From the NCBI GenBank assembly GCA_964392455.1, contig CAYMPG010000008.1:686-64685 (forward strand): DNA of 64,000 nt, written 5' to 3'. A model generated the notes under the pieces. It was not told the origin of the DNA. It worked only from the letters and a program-made list of their open reading frames with translations, and did not search any database. The position numbers were made by a program, and so were the translations under genes. The DNA comes from an uncultured Clostridium sp. Its GTDB lineage: Bacteria > Bacillota > Clostridia > Christensenellales > CAG-138. Below, piece by piece: positions 63,204 through 64,000 of the stretch (position 1 is the first letter of the stretch; each line of letters starts with the position of its first letter).

Positions 63204-64000
63204 TGCTCTCCGAATGCTGCTGCAAGTACGCTATCTATATCCGTTCCATCGCTGCGGCCTGCCTTTTTAAGGGCTAAAGTGAAATAATCCGGCACCCGTG
63301 CCTTAAACACCATGCGCTCCCCCGTTGCCGGGTGGGTAAGCTCCAGCCTTGCTGCATGGAGGGCCTGTCCATCAAGGCCCAGCCGCGGCTTTGCGGAGCC
63401 ATATACCGTATCCCCCGCCACCGGATGCTTTATATGGGCCATATGCACCCTTATCTGATGGGTGCGGCCTGTCTCAAGCTGCGCCTCAATAAGGGTATAC
63501 GGGCCGTATCTTTCCAGCACCCTCCAGTGGGTAACCGCCTCCCGTCCATCCTTTACCACGGCCATGCGCTTTCTGTCCACCGGGTGGCGGCCTATTGGCG
63601 CATCCACAGTGCCGCTGTCCTCTTTTATGTTTCCATCCACTATGGCTATATATGTGCGGCGGGCGGAGTGCTCCTTAAGCTGGGCCGCAAGGGATGTATG
63701 GGCCTGGTCATTCTTGGCCACAACTATTAGGCCTGAGGTGAGCTTATCTATGCGGTGCACTATTCCGGGGCGAAGCTCTCCACCGATTCCGGAAAGATCC
63801 TTAAGATGATACATCAGCGCATTTACAAGGGTCCCATTTGGGTTGCCCGGCGCAGGGTGTACCACCATCCCCTTGGGCTTATCTATCACCACAATGTACT
63901 CATCCTGATAAACTATATCCAGCGGGATATTTTCGGCTGTCAGCTCCACCTCTGCGGCAGGATACAGCAGCACCGTTACCTGATCCCCGGCCCTGAGCTT
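63200..64000 (-). CDS. rluD: RluD-type 23S rRNA pseudouridine synthase (5' part outside window)
   Basis: DKPKGMVVHP, RPGIVHRIDK.TSG, LETGRTHQIRVHM and QALHA motifs. Confidence 0.9.
   Translation of the reverse strand, partial: KLRAGDQVTVLLYPAAEVELTAENIPLDIVYQDEYIVVIDKPKGMVVHPAPGNPNGTLVNALMYHLKDLSGIGGELRPGIVHRIDKLTSGLIVVAKNDQAHTSLAAQLKEHSARRTYIAIVDGNIKEDSGTVDAPIGRHPVDRKRMAVVKDGREAVTHWRVLERYGPYTLIEAQLETGRTHQIRVHMAHIKHPVAGDTVYGSAKPRLGLDGQALHAARLELTHPATGERMVFKARVPDYFTLALKKAGRSDGTDIDSVLAAAFGEQ

Overview
Chromosomal core region of a spore-forming, moderately GC-rich Clostridia-class Firmicute (inferred from yaaL-bofA, remA, PrkC-PASTA, T-box and ClpC). Most genes lie on the minus strand. Contents in order: the conserved yicC-remA-gmk-rpoZ-coaBC-priA-def-fmt-rsmB-rlmN-prpC-prkC-rsgA-rpe string; pcrA-ligA; T-box-pheST; a glmU-like gene; cobB; THF-riboswitch-folT; envelope proteins; SAM-I-metK; thyA-folA; tRNA-Asn; an EF-G paralogue; a two-component system with htrA; zapA-U32-mutS2; a lysine riboswitch upstream of an NhaC-family transporter; an amidase; clpC; and a partial rluD. 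I found no integrase, transposase, CRISPR array or intact prophage. The main non-core feature is an orphan two-gene, phage tail-fibre-like cassette (40569-42613: BppU-like head, collagen repeats and an 'MTLRRRALMA' partner). It sits behind a near-consensus sigma-A promoter with a near-perfect LexA/SOS box and has an internal repeat that differs only at synonymous sites, so it may be a domesticated, DNA-damage-inducible phage-derived module. Other notable signals are a THF riboswitch with an extra hairpin in its junction, two candidate stand-alone small RNAs (57920-58052 and 62390-62462), a GlmU whose uridyltransferase half looks dead, and an EF-G paralogue lacking the catalytic His. All family assignments are by motif recognition from memory; no database searches were run.
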